Below are positions 1 through 13,925 of a stretch of 64,000 nt of DNA, piece by piece (the stretch's first letter is position 1; each line of letters begins with the position of its first letter). The translations under genes and the position numbers were made by a program. This stretch comes from Phaeosaccion multiseriatum. Taxonomy: Eukaryota > Protista > Ochrophyta, other classes. The notes under the pieces are model-generated. The model did not search any database, was not told where the DNA came from, and saw only the letters and a program-made list of their open reading frames with translations. The stretch lies in assembly GCA_965112735.1 (NCBI GenBank), contig OZ218963.1, forward strand, positions 1,984,001-2,048,000, in the 5' to 3' direction.

Positions 1-246
1 TGTCAGTGTGTGAGTGAGTGAGTGAGTGTGTGAGTGTATGTGTGCGTGTGTAGTGGGCAGAAGAACGGCAAAGCATAACCGCCAGTAGAGGGCGGGTGTG
101 GTTGGTCACTTTTTGGTCCTGACACCTGAAACCTTGAACCCTACCCCATTCCCTTCTCTTTCATACTGGGATGGGTGCCTTCTCCTCCTGCCCCCACACG
201 AATGTACTTGCCCCCCCCCCCCTCTACCCACCGTCGTCGCCAATAG

Positions 247-1472
247 CTGTCCATCATGCAAGGCAAACTCCGGGTGGCCGAGAACGAGCGAAAGCGCCTG
301 GCAAAGACGTCCGCGTTCGAAAAGCAAAAGGCACAACGCCTTCTCGATTCTGGCGAGGCAGACAAGGCAAGCAAGATGGACCGGCTGTCTGAGGCACACG
401 ATCGCTTTATGAGGGATGCTGCGATGGAGGCACAGAGGGCGCTGGATCAGTTACGTAAGGAGGAGGAGAGAAAGCTGCGGGATGAGCGGGAGAAATGGGC
501 GGAGGAGAGGAGCAACCTCCTGGTGAGTGGAAGTGGAGATATGGACGGATGAGCGTTTTCAGAGGGCCTTGGGGGTGTTGCTTGGCATGATTAGGAGGGA
601 GGAGCAGCAGGCGGGTAGAGGTGTGACGTGTGGAAGCAGAGGGGGGGGGGGATCCGCTCCCAAGCTTGGATATGAACACGGAATGATCTCACGGCGGAAT
701 GAATTGAATTGGCTTTGGAGAAGAGAGCCTGGAAAAGTCATACTTCTGATAGGAGGTTTAAGCAGAGGTCAAGAAAGCACAACCTACCACGGCAGCTCTC
801 ATATTCCTTTGGCGTCGTGTCACAACGGTCAAACGTATGCCTACTTGCCTCACCCCAGATCGAGTTGGACGCTTTCAAGAAGGGTTTGGACGAGGCCAAC
901 GCCAGAGCGAGGGCCCAAGACTCCGGCGCCTCGGGTGCAGGCGGTCCTAGCGGTGCAGGTGGGGCCAATGGAGCAGGCGGTGCCAACGGGGGCGCTGCCA
1001 TTGCCCTGAAAGATGAGAAGCCGGATGAGAGGAAGACTCGTTTGGAACTGGAGAATCACCTACATGCCAAGACTGTAAAGTGCGAGAAGCTGCAGGAGAA
1101 AATCCAGGTATGGTGGACTAGACTAGACGGTTTCGTCACACACTTTGTCGCCGCGTGTGTGTGCGTGCGTGCGTGCGTGCGTGCGTGTGTGTGCGTGCGT
1201 GCGTGAGTGTGTGTGTGCGTGCGTGCGTGTGCGTGTGTGCGTGACCATACGTACGAGATACAAATTCGTACGTACACGTTAGCGCCAGCCCCCGGTCAGG
1301 CTAAGACAAGGTCTCGGCTTTCGTTTACCCCTTCGGGACTCTGTTCTGATGGCGGTGGTTGGCCTCCAGGCCTCCTCCTCCTTCTTCTTCTTCTTCTTCT
1401 TCTTCTTCTTCTTCTTCTTCTTCTTCTTCTTCTTCTTCTTCTTCTTCTTCTTCTTCTTCTTCTTCTTCTTCT

Positions 1473-1519
<47 letters not shown>

Positions 1520-2723
1520 TTCTTCTTCTTCTTCTTCTTCTTCTTCTTCTCCTTCTTCTTCTTCTTCTTCTTCTTCTTCTTCTTCTTCTTCTTGGCGGGT
1601 CTTCGCCTTTTAGACGGTTTGGCCTGGAGGCAAATGTCGTGCCTCCCTGTGTATCCTATCTATCTTGCACTTCCTCACCGATATGAAACGCGCAGGCGCG
1701 CACACACACACACACTCACACACTCACACACACACGCACGCACGCACACACACACACATACATTGCAATCATGCCCCTTCGTCGCCACCATGCCATGCCC
1801 TCCGGTCACTCACACCAAACACGATGTCAGACGCTGCAAGAGCTCAACAAGGAGCTTAGAGAGACTGTGGAGGGCGCCGTAACGCTTAGCGACAACGGCG
1901 GTGGGGACTCCGATCAGACGCTTCCTCCCTCCACCACGGCGGCTGAGCTCAAGAAGCTCAAGGTGAGGAGGGAGGGAGCATTGATGTTGGCTTCGTCGAC
2001 TTCAAGTGAAGGGAGAGGATATTGAAGTGCCGTCGTCGCTCTTGACAGCAAAATGAATACCGTACAGCTACCCACCCCCAACGCAGTCGGAGAGAGCGCT
2101 GATGAAGAAGTCCTTCCGATGCCTCTCTCCAGGGGTTTCATCCTTTCCTTCCTCTTCCACTCTCCTGTTAACTGCATGCACATATCATGCCTCATTCTTA
2201 TGGTGCTTTTCTTCTCTGTTCCGTGGCTCGCAGGAGAATTTGGGGCAGGAGAGAGAGCTGCACGCACAGAGCCAGAAAGACCTAAAGGTTGTGGAATGGG
2301 AGAGAGACGACTTGAAGACGAAGCTCGACCGCGTTGAAAAGAGGCTCCACAACAAGGGACAGCAGCCCTCACAGCCTTCTCAGGGCGGGGACAGGGACTC
2401 CGTCAAACTTGCAGGTCAGTCAGCAGCTGGCAAAGGGAGGGAAGGAAGGAGGGAGGGAGGGAGGGAAGGACGGAGGGGGGGAGGGAGGAAGAGAGGGAGG
2501 GAGGTATGGAAGGAGGGGGGGAGGAGGGCCTTTGGCGTGACTGTGCTGCAACGAAGTGTGTGAATCCTTCCTACGTAAGATTGCTTACGCCAAAGTTGTA
2601 CAATAGTATATCGGACTCTAAAGACCCGACGAGGCGGGTCGGGCCGCCAAACCTGACAAGGAGAAGGAGAGGATCACTCCCCACTCTTCTTTTCACCCCT
2701 CACTCACTTCCCATTCCACTCTC

Positions 2724-2766
<43 letters not shown>

Positions 2767-5700
2767 CTTCCCTGCATGTCCTCGCCACCCTTTTGGAGCA
2801 GAGGACATGAAGGCCATCAAAGCCAAATTCCACGGCCTCACGCAAGAGCACAAGAGAACCAAAGAGGTACGACCCGACGTCACAGTTGTCGTGCATGTGC
2901 ATGCATACGCAGTACATGCGGTGTTGGTTTCACTTCGACGCGCGTCATCAACAGGGGTGTCAGGATCAGCGTTACGTGTCTCTCACTCTTCGTCTCTATC
3001 TTTATCTTCCTTGGATTGTTTAAGGGTCTCCCTCATCCTCCCTCCCTCCCTCCCTCCCTTCCTTCCTTCCTTCCTTCCTTCTTTCCTTCCTTCCTTCCTT
3101 CCTCCGATTGGACAGGCGCTCACGGCGACCGAGACATCGTACGACAACGCTTGCGCCACCGTCACTGCTCAAGATAAGCAGCTGGGAGAGGCCGAAGAGG
3201 TAAGGTTGGAAGGTTGGTTGTTTGGAAAGAGTCTTCTCTCTCTGTCTCTCTGCTTCTGCTTTTGCAGGGATGGTGGAGTGAAGTTGCTGAAGTTTCCCCC
3301 CCCGTGCAATGCCCTCCCTTTTGGCTCCATCTCGTCCATCTCGTCCATCTCGTCCATCTCGTCCATCTCGTCGGTCTCCGCTCCGCCTGAACACACACGG
3401 CCCTCATCAGAACATTGGGACGCTCGACAAGCGCATTCGAGAAGTGACAAGCGACCTGATTAGGAACAAGAGCAACCTCGCTTCTGCTCAAAGGTCAGTC
3501 AGTCAGTCAGTCAGTCAGTCAGTCAGTCAGTCAGTCAGTCAGTCAGTCAGTCAGTCAGTCAGTCAGTCAGTCAGTCAGTCAGGCAGGCAGATAGGCAGGC
3601 AGGCAGATAGGCTGTCCGTCCCTCCGTCAGTCACTCAGTCATTGAGTCAGTCAGTCACCGACACACAGACTCAGTCAGTCAGTCGCTCAGTCACTCACTC
3701 ACCCACTCAGTCGGCGCCCAAGCTTCATCCCTCCCCTCCGATCCTACCTCCACCTTACGTACTTTCGGCCCTTTCCTGACTCCTCTCTCTCTCTCTCCCT
3801 CTCTCCCTCTGACTTAAGCCTCCTCAAGGACCTCAACCAGAAGTGGCTCCGCGTCAGCTCGGAAACCACCAGTCTGCGGCGCCAGCTGGCCGAGCAGGGC
3901 AGCTGCCTCCAGAACTCCGAAACGCTCCTCAAGGGGCTGCTCAAGAAGAGGTCCGTCGTACATGCACTTGGGGAAAGTTACGAGAAGTCAACAAAGGAGA
4001 GGTGAGTAGGCATAGGTAGGTATAGAGTCGGTGTGGCGGGGAGACTACAGAGCTGCTTTCGGGGATGTGTGTGCAAGGAGTCAACTTTTTGTGGCCGACA
4101 TGTACGTCAGACAGCAGGCGCAGCGCGCTCAACTCCTGCTTCTCCTCCCCCTCTCTTTCTCCTCTTCATTCTCCTCTTCATTCTCCTCCTACTCTCCTGC
4201 TCCTCCTCCTCCTCCTCCTCCTCCCCTCCTCCTCCTCCTCCTCCTCCTCCTCCTCCTCCTCCTCCTCCTCCTCCTCCTCCTCCTCCTCCTCCTCCTCGCC
4301 CTCCTCCTCCTGCTCCTCCTCCTCCTCCTCCTCCTCCTCCTCCTCCTCCTCCTCCTCCTCCTCCTCCTCGCCCTCCTCCTCCTCCCCCCCCCCCCTCCTC
4401 CTCCTCCTCCTCCTCCTCCTCCTCCTCATCCCCCTCCTCCTCCTCCTCCTCCTCCTCCTCCTCCTCCTCCTCATTCTCCTCCTCCTCCCCCTCCTCTTCA
4501 TCCTCCTTCTCCTCCTCCCCCTCTCTTTCTCCTCTTTATTCTCTTCCTCCTCTACTTCATTCTCTTCCTCCTCCTCCTCCTCCTCCTCCTTCTCCTCCTC
4601 CTCCTCCTCCTCCTCCTCCTCCTCCTCTTCGTTCTCCTTCTCCTCCTCCCCCTCTCTTTCTCCTCTTCATTCTCTTCCTGCCCCTCCCCCTCTCTTTCTC
4701 CTCTTCATTCTCTTCCTCCTCCTTCTCCTCCTCCTCCACCACCGCCACCACCACTTTATTATTATTCTTCTTCTTCTTCTTCTTCTTCTTCTTCTTCTTC
4801 TTCTTCTTCTTCTTCTTCTTCTTCTTCTTCTTCTTCTTCTTCTTCTTCTTCTTCTCCTGCTCCTCCCCTACACCCCCCGCCTCCTTTTTCTCCTCCTCCT
4901 CCTCCTCCTCCTCCTCCTCCTCCTCCTCCTCCTCTTCCTCCTCCTACTCCCCTACACCCCCCGCCTCCTTCTCCCCCCTCACTCTCCTCCTCCTCCCCTT
5001 CCCCGCCTTCTCCTCACCCCTCATCCCCCTCCTCCTCATCCCCCTCCTCCTCACCCCCCCCCTCCTCATCCCTCTCCCCCTCCCCCTCCCCCTTCTCTCC
5101 AGATTGGCCCAAATCCGCGCCCTCAACATGACAATCGCGCGTGGAAAGATGGAGAGGGCACAAGCCCACCTGGACGGCGAGAACTTGGTCATGGTCGAGA
5201 AGGTTCTCAAGGCAATGGGTGAGTGAGTGTAGCAGCAGCAAGTGTTTCCACCACCGCGACTCACTGGTGGTGGCACTGGAGAGGGAAGGGTTGAAGGAGG
5301 CAGACGGTGTTCGTGCGTCAGGGAGAGAGATAGAGAAAGCCTGTGTGAGTCAGTGAAAGAGAGAGAGAAACAGAGATGAGGCAGAGAGATTGTGTGTGCG
5401 GGAAAGTTAGAGACGCTGTAAACACCCTTTGATCGTTGCCAGAATACCATCCACCCCCCACCCCCCCCCAATCAGGAGGCGGTTGGCAGTAACTGAGATG
5501 GAGTCAAAGACGACTTTCCGCTTGCCCGCCTCCGCTTTCACCATCCTTTCTCCCACGATATCCTCCTGGCCATTGTCGGCGTGCACCTCCCATCTCCCTC
5601 TACCTCACGCTGACCCTCTTCCCTTTTTCCTCCCGTGTGCTTCATACTCCCTCTTTCTCTCTCCCTCTGCCCTACCTTCGCCCTTCCATGTGTACTTCCC

Positions 5701-8700
5701 CTCCCCTCCCCTCCCCCCTCCCTTTGGTGTCGTATCCTACCCTATCGCTCTCTTCAGGCTTCGGTGGCAGCAAAGACATTCTCGAGAAGACCATTCGCAA
5801 GGCGCCCTCCCACTTTGCTCCTCTGCTACGCGCCTGGCTCCTTCCAGGTAGGCTGCTGTGGTTCCTCTCGTTCCTCCCCCTCCTTCCGTCCGCATACTTT
5901 GACTTCCCGTTGCGCATCTCTTTTATGACCCAGGCAAGCCTCGGGAATAGGCATGTGTGTACGCGTGTGTATGTGTGTGTATGTGTGTGTATGTGTGCGC
6001 GTGTCAGAGAGAGAGAGAGGGAGAGGGGTTGGGAGCGGGACAGACACCCCTCAAATCCTTCCTTTGCTTTTTGAAAGCTGTGGACTTGCCTGTGCTGCTT
6101 CGCTTGTGCCCATGTCTCCTCTCCTCGCGTGCAACTTTTCCTCCCTCCCCCCTCTCTATGCTGTCTCTCGGGTCCACAGTTGAAACTCTCGCGAATCCTT
6201 GCTTCTGATACTCGTCCCTCACCTTCATCTTGTTACCTTCCTCTTGATAAGGCTATATCCACCAATTCACTATCTTCGCGGCGGAGGTACGGAACGGAGA
6301 GCGTGAGCGTTACAACGCTCTCACGGACACGCATGCTGCTTCTGTTCGCGTAGTGGCACAGAGCACGAAGAAGAGACCGCGGTTACCGACAGGGGAGGAG
6401 AGGGAGAGGGGAGGATCGTCAGGAGAGGGGTCAGACGTCGGTGCGGGACAGCAGGGGGTAGACGGTGCCAGTAGGGGTAGAAAGGTCCCGAGAAATAGCA
6501 GCGGAGGAAGTGGGGGGGAAGGGGAGGAGGAGAAGAAGGAGGAGGAGCGGGCGGAGAGCTACCGAAAGAGCGAACAGGGGAGGGCCGGTCATGTCAAGAG
6601 CAGTGCAATAGTGGCGGCCGGTGATGAAGCTTTGGACGGATTTCAAGAGGGAGATGGTAGAGGAGAAGATACAGGAGAGGGTGAGGAGGGGAAACCAGGC
6701 ATTCAGGAAGGAGGAGGAGGAGGAGGAGGAGGAGGAGGAGGAGGAGGAGGGGGAAGAGGAGGAGGAGGAGGAGGAGGAGGAGGAGGAGGAGGAGGAGGAG
6801 GAGGAGGAGGAGGAGGAGGAGGAGGAGGAGAGGGGACGCGTGGGCAGCGCGTCGCCAGCATGAGACGTCTAGCAAGTACGGGAGAGGGCGAGAGAAGAGT
6901 GGGCACCCCCCCCGTTTCAGTACTAGACACGTGGATGCCTCCGCCGCCCAAGGAAGCCCCCTTACTGGAGCGATCTCCAACGTCGGAGGACCAACAAAAG
7001 GTAAGTCAATGGAGTCAAGCAAGTGGTATTAAGCAAGTGTCAGGCAAGTGTCGAGCAAGTAGTGTCGAGGCTCTCCCCCACCTCCATCCCCTCCTCCCTT
7101 TACTAGAAGAAACTACTTCCTGCAGCAGTGGCATACATGCCCAACAACGGCCGTTCTCCTCCCACTGCACCTCCGCATCCCCCAAGCTCTTCCTCCTTCG
7201 CGCCCTTCCACACTCCTCTCCCTATCTCTATCTCTTCTCCCTTCTCGCCACCCGCCCTCCTCAGGCTTTGCTTTCGAAAGCCTCTCGCTTGGGAGAGGTC
7301 ATAGCAGAGATGAACCGCCTCGGTGCCATCAACACCGCGAATGAGATGGACGACACCATCGAGGAGCTGCGCCAGAAGCGCGACGAAATGCAGGAGAGGA
7401 TAAACTCCGACATTATGGAGCAGCAGCAGCAGCAGCAGCAGGAGGAGGAGGGGGAGGAGAATGACGGCGACGAGGATGAGGAGGAGGAGGACCGACAGGA
7501 CGATGACGGTAAGGGCTGTAGTACCAACATGAAGAGCAGAGGGGTGGGCTGGCGGAGGAAGGGCTTGAAGGGGAGGGTGCTCACCGGCTCGCACTTCCAG
7601 CTGCAGAGCTTGGTTGACGCGATCATCTTGGGTATACAAAAGGCGTCGCCAGATAGCCTCTGCTCGTCGTCATTATCGTCATCGAGCCCTGCCCCTCAAC
7701 AGCAACAGCAGCAGAAGCAGCAGCACGTGGTGAAGGCTCTTCAGTTCTGTCTGGGCGACATGGATGCAAAGGAGATGAGCCATCTCCTCGGGGAGACTCG
7801 GCGGCAACTGAAGGACGTTGGGAACCACCCCCACGCTTTGGATGTGGACGATGAGCAGAAGAGGGCGGGCGAAATGGCGTGTGACGAGCTCCAGAAAGGC
7901 CTGGCCCAGCAAGACGCAGTGAGCCTTCGCCTGCTCGCCAATCGGCTTCAGGAGGACGAGAAGGCCTTGACAGCAAGCTTGGAAGAGGAAGTGGAGCGGC
8001 TGATGCGGCAGGGGGTCAATGGGGAGGAGGAGGGGATGGGGGGGCCTTCCGAAGAGGACGTGGCGGAGGGTCATCGGGAGCGCCAGACGTTACACTTTCA
8101 GATTGAGGCCCTGGAAAAGGCCATCGAGAGCCGCGGGGGATGGAGAGCGGCGGTGTTTCTCGCCAGCGGGGACATCGACATGGAAACGGATGTGTCCATC
8201 TGGCCGCTTGATGATAGGGTTCAGATGATACAGGTACGTGTTTTCGTCGTTGCGTGCGTGCGTGCGTGCGTGCGTGCGTAGGTGTGTGTCGCGCGTGCTT
8301 GCGTAGGTGTGTGCGTGCGTGTGTGGGTGTGTGTCGCGTCGATGTGTGTGAGGGAGGGAGGAGGGAGGATGAAGGGTGCGACCACACACTTTGGGGAATG
8401 ATTAATGGCCGATGGATTGCATGAGACAGGGTTCGGTGGGGGGTGGGGGGGGGGGAGGGGGGAAGGGTCTTCACTCTTGTGTCCTCACTCGTGGGCTTTC
8501 ATGAGATGCAAAGGTATCGAGGCAGCGGCCCTGACTCTAGCCTCATGGAAGCATGCGAGGGAAACTCACCTATTCTCTTTTCTCTTTCTCATTCTCTTTC
8601 TCCTTCTTGCTTTGAATGAACCGAATCCTGTTCTGCGGTACGTTCCGTGTAGGTGATGAAAGACCAGCTGCTGATGGATCTGGTGGAGCTGAAGGACGAA

Positions 8701-10043
8701 AAGGACAGGGAAGAGGAAGTAATCACGCAAGAGCTCGAGGAACAGGGGGTCGCGGCGACGGAGCTGCACCAAACCGTGGATTTGATGTGGCAAGAAACGC
8801 ACGCTCACACTTCCAAAAAGGGTTCTGCGGTGAGTGGTCACCACGATGGAGCCGAGAGCATCCGCAGTAGCGACATGAGCAGCAGTAGTGGTGAGGATAC
8901 AGGTGGCAGTGACGATGACGAGGATGGAGAGAAGGATGAGGATGTGCGCAGCTTCTTCGAAGGAGAGGCGGCGCGTGGTCAAGGGGAAGGGCACCATGGT
9001 GAGAAGCGCAAGGGGAGTCATAAGCGCAAAAGGAGCAGGAAGGAGAAGGGTGACGGGAAGGAGGACGACGGCACGCCTTTGACGGTGAAAGACACTCTTG
9101 CGCGGGACAATAAGCGCCTGCAAGACATTTTTGAGTACCTCTTGCGCACTCAGGTGGAGAGCGACAGCATGGCGATGAAGGTGAGAGGGTGAGGAAGGAA
9201 GGAAGGAAGGAAGGAAGGAAGGAAGGAAGGAAGGAAGGAAGGAAGGAAGGAAGGAAGGAGGGAAGGAAGGAAGGAAGGAAAGAAAGAAGGAAAGAAGGAA
9301 AGAAGGAATGAAGGAAAGTTGAGGCAAATGAGAAAGGCCAGCATAGGAAGCGTCAGAAAGGGAGGAAGGAAGGAAGGAAGGAAGGAAGGAAGGAAGGAAG
9401 GAAAGAAGGAAGGAAGGAAGGAAGGTTGAGGAAGATGAGGAAGATGAGGAAGGTCAGCAAAAGGAGGTCGTGGAGGGTGAGGAAGGAAGGACGGAAGAAA
9501 GGAAGGTTGAGGGGGGTGAGGAGGACGTAACACAATTCCACACCAAGACCGGCCCCGTACGTCGTGTGTGCAAAGAGGATGTGGCCGGGATTGCCCCCCC
9601 CCCCATTAGTCCAAAGAGCTACGATACGAGAGGAAAAAGGGGGAAAGGAGAAGGGTTCTGCCCATGCCATTTGATGGGGTTCTCTCCGATGTATCGGTTT
9701 CCTCCCTCCCTCCCTTCCTCCCTCTGGTCTCGACGTCCTCCCCCCCCCCCTGCCTTCTTTTCCCTCGACCCCCTTCGCCCCGACCACCACTTACTTTTCT
9801 GCTGGCCTCTGAGTTCATTCTTCATCCTATCATGGGCCCTCCTCCGCGACTAACCCATAAACCTTTGCTTTTGATTCTTTCTTTCTCTCTCCCTCTCTGC
9901 CTCCCTCCTTCCTCTCCTTCCCTTCCTCCCCCTGTCTCTCTCCTCCCTCCCCCCCTCTCTCTCCCTCTTTGTCCCTCTCTCTCTCCCTCTCTCCCTCTCT
10001 CCCTCTCTCATTCTCTCTATCATGTTTATTTCATCACCACCAC

Positions 10044-10082
<39 letters not shown>

Positions 10083-10216
10083 TATCACACTCATTGCCTC
10101 GCATACTTAGCTCGAGCGACACTTGCTGGCCTTGGACGTCAGGGAGTCTCGAAAGTTCTCTGTGGAGCCCGTCACGCTATCGGAGGGTACCCTGCACGAG
10201 CTTGACGGGGCGACAG

Positions 10217-10260
<44 letters not shown>

Positions 10261-13200
10261 GGGGAGACTAAGGTGAGGCTCATGTAGCTAGACTCATGCC
10301 GTTCGCAAGCATATGGGAGATCACTCACCTAAGCGACTCGATTGCGTGCGGGGAGAGGAGAGTCTCCCCTTTGCAGCGAGCAAAGCCCTTGACGCCCACG
10401 GTGGGGGGAGATATTAAACTCTCCTACGCGGGGGGGTCTTCGGTTGGCTCGGCTCGTAGGCTTTCTTGTTCCCCTGATGTTGTTGTTGTTGCTGCTGCTG
10501 CTGCTGCTCTTCCTGGGTGTTGGTTTGTGCTCTCATCGTTACGGTCTTGCCCCCCACACGGCACAGCTTCTCTTGAGCGAAAGAGAGGGTGAAGGACTGC
10601 CTGCGGGACTTCAAATACGCATACCGACCATCGCAGACGGCGGCAGCGTAGCGGGAAGCAGGGCGGGAAGTAGAGTGAACAGCGCAAGGATGGACGGAGG
10701 CGATGGATCAGCACGGTCCTCAACTAGCACGAACAGACCGAGAATGGAGACAGGCATAGCAGCTGCTGCCGCTGCTGCTGCCGCTGCTCTGGAACAAGCC
10801 GAGCAAGCCAACCCTTGCAGACACAGCAGTGTAGCGCCCAGCGTGAGGTCGTCCCGTCAAGGCAGTCCAGAAGACGAGCAGGAGGAGGACGAAGACGAGG
10901 ACGACGAGGACGACGAGGACGACGACGAGGAAGAGGAAGAACAGGAGGGGGAGGAGGAGGAGGGGGAGGAAGAAGGCGAGGAGGACGGTCGAGGCTTCCC
11001 GGGGACGCTGACCGACATCGGAGAGGGTGTCCCCGGGGAACAAGCAGGACATGTGCTAGTGCATGCAGGGGTCGAGGGCACGAGCCACACAGGAAGCAGA
11101 AGGACCACTCGAAAGCACACTCGCGTCTCTCAAGGGAGGTCTAGCGACGGGGGTGATGGTGATGATGGTGGTGGTGGTGATCGTTTCTTCGTTGACGGTG
11201 TCTCTGACGATTCAAGCGGTGTCGGAGAAAGCAAAGACCTTCCCTCTGGCGAGGGGCCGAGTAGAAGGGGATCCAACAAAGCAGCGGAAGACTCGGGTGA
11301 CAGCGACGATGGCGGACGAGAACAAAGGGGGGGCACCGCTGCCGCTACCGCTGTCGGCGATCATCGTGGTAGTGGTAGCAGCAGTGGTCGCTCTTCCCGC
11401 AACGGAAGTAGAGGCGGGCGAAAGAGTTTCTTGCAAGCGTACCACGAGAATGTCGGTCGAGGACGGCTGCCGTCTCTGCATGACAGAGAGAAAACGACAC
11501 AGCATCGCATGGAGGAGATGGAGACCATTCAGGCACATCTTGTAGAGGTCATGGCGGCGAAAGAGCACAAGCTGAAGGAGAGAGAGAGAGAGCTGCAGCT
11601 GCTCTGTGAAGACTTGCAGGTATGTGGATGTGGGTGGGTGGGTGGGTGGGTGTGCGTGTACGTGCGTGTGTGTGTGTGTGGGGGGGGGGGGGGGTCGGTT
11701 TGTGTGATTTATATGTGGGTGGTTAGGTCGGTGTGGGTGGGTGGGGTGTGTGTGTGCGTGTGTGTGTGAGGGGGTATGTGTCTATGCATGTGGTGGTGTG
11801 TGTGTGCGTGTGTGTGTGAGGGGGTATGTGTCTATGCATGTGGTGGTGGTGTGTGTGTGCGTGTGTGAGGGGGTATGTGTCTATGCATGTGGTGGTGTGT
11901 GTGTGCGTGTGTGTGTGAGGGGGTATTTGTCTATGCATGTGGTGGTGTGTGTGTGCGTGTGTGTGTGAGGGGGTATGTGTCTATGCATGTGGTGGTGTGT
12001 GTGTGCGTGTGTGAGGGGGTATGTGTCTATGCATGTGGTGGTGTGTGTGTGCGTGTGTGTGTGAGGGGGTATGTGTCTATGCATGTGGTGGTGTGTGTGT
12101 GCGTGTGTGTGTGAGGGGGTATGTGTCTATGCATGTGGTGGTGGTGTGTGTGTGCGTGTGTGAGGGGGTATGTGTCTATGCATGTGGTGGTGTGTGTGTG
12201 CGTGTGTGAGGGGGTATGTGTCTATGCATGTGGTGGTGTGTGTGTGCGTGTGTGTGTGAGGGGGTATGTGTCTATGCATGTGGTGGTGTGTGTGTGCGTG
12301 TGTGAGGGGGTATGTGTCTATGCATGTGGTGGTGGTGTGTGTGTGCGTGTGTGAGGGGGTATGTGTCTATGCATGTGGTGGTGTGTGTGTGCGTGTGTGT
12401 GTGAGGGGGTATGTGTCTATGCATGTGGTGGTGTGTGTGTGCGTGTGTGTGTGAGGGGGTATGTGTCTATGCATGTGGTGGTGTGTGTGTGCGTGTGTGT
12501 GTGAGGGGGTATGTGTCTATGCATGTGGTGGTGTGTGTGTGCGTGTGTGTGTGAGGGGGTATGTGTCTATGCATGTGGTGGTGTGTGTGTGCGTGTGTGT
12601 GTGAGGGGGTATGTGTCTATGCATGTGGTGGTGTGTGTGTGCGTGTGTGTGTGAGGGGGTATGTGTCTATGCATGTGGTGGTGTGTGTGTGCGTGTGTGT
12701 GTGAGGGGGTATGTGTCTATGCATGTGGTGGTGTGTGTGTGCGTGTGTGTGTGAGGGGGTATGTGTCTATGCATGTGGTGGTGTGTGTGTGCGTGTGTGT
12801 GTGAGGGGGTATGTGTCTATGCATGTGGTGGTGTGTGTGTGCGTGTGTGTGTGAGGGGGTATGTGTCTATGCATGTGGTGGTGGTGTGTGTGTGCGTGTG
12901 TGAGGGGGTATGTGTCTATGCATGTGGTGGTGTGTGTGTGCGTGTGTGTGTGAGGGGGTATGTGTCTATGCATGTGGTGGTGTGTGTGTGCGTGTGTGTG
13001 AGTATGTGTGTGTGTGGTGTGTGTGTTTGTGTTGTGTGTGTGTTTGTGTGTTGTGTTTACAGCGTTTATATATCATGATGGCAAAGTAAGTCTACACAGT
13101 ACGTGTATAGAGTCCCACAGTCTATATAATGTTACAGAAACCCCGAAAGCTCCAGTCCACTTTCCCCACGGCCGGGGGACGCTGGAGCGCAGTGCTGAGC

Positions 13201-13870
13201 AAGGCTTCATTTCACTCCCCCTTCTTCCTCCATCTGTTCTGTGTGCACTTGGACCCTGTCACTCACAGCAACGACTCGTCACCGCAGAGGCAGAGGCGTC
13301 AAAGCCGGCTCCACCACCAGCAATCGTAGCGCCAGTTGTTGATACAACGGAGGGCAAGCAAGGGGAGGTGGGCGCCTCCACTCCGGAGAGTCACGAGCAG
13401 TCAGATCAAAGCACAGCAGTTGGTGATACAGCAGATGGTAACCGCTGCAAAGTAGACCAATCACAAGGGTCGACGACTCCACGTGTGGAGGAGGGGGGGG
13501 AGGCTCCACAGCGGTGTCCGGTGGTGGTGACTAAGACTGTAGTGGTGGCCAATGTGGAGGTGGAGGAACGGCTGGGCAGAGAGGTGCGGCGGTTACAACT
13601 GGAGCTGCAGGCGGAGAAGGAGCACATGGCTGCCATGGGGGAAGAGATGCGTAGCAGCGACATGCGAGTGGGCGTACTAGAGGAGCGTCTGGCCGAGACG
13701 AGTGCCACTGAGGCACATCTGCAGGTGAGTGAGTGAGTGGGTAGGCGAGTGGGTGGGTGGGGATGGCAGTGGATGGGATGGTAACGATGGGGTGACGCGT
13801 CAGAAGAAAGAAAGCGGCGCGCGGTTTATGAGGATGGATGGGATGCGTACCGACAGAAAGGGCAAGTACG

Positions 13871-13925
<55 letters not shown>

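Noticed and set aside
1207-1882. ORFs encoding poly-L/F/S
   Set aside because: Translations of an intronic (CTT)n microsatellite.
4031-5226. Three overlapping 366-397 aa P/S/L-rich ORFs
   Set aside because: Stop-free only because the intron is (CCT)n; only 5103-5218 is a plausible exon.
11745-13000. Regular array considered as CRISPR-like, or as a Cys/Val-rich protein
   Set aside because: No unique spacers, no cas genes, eukaryotic intronic context; it is a minisatellite.
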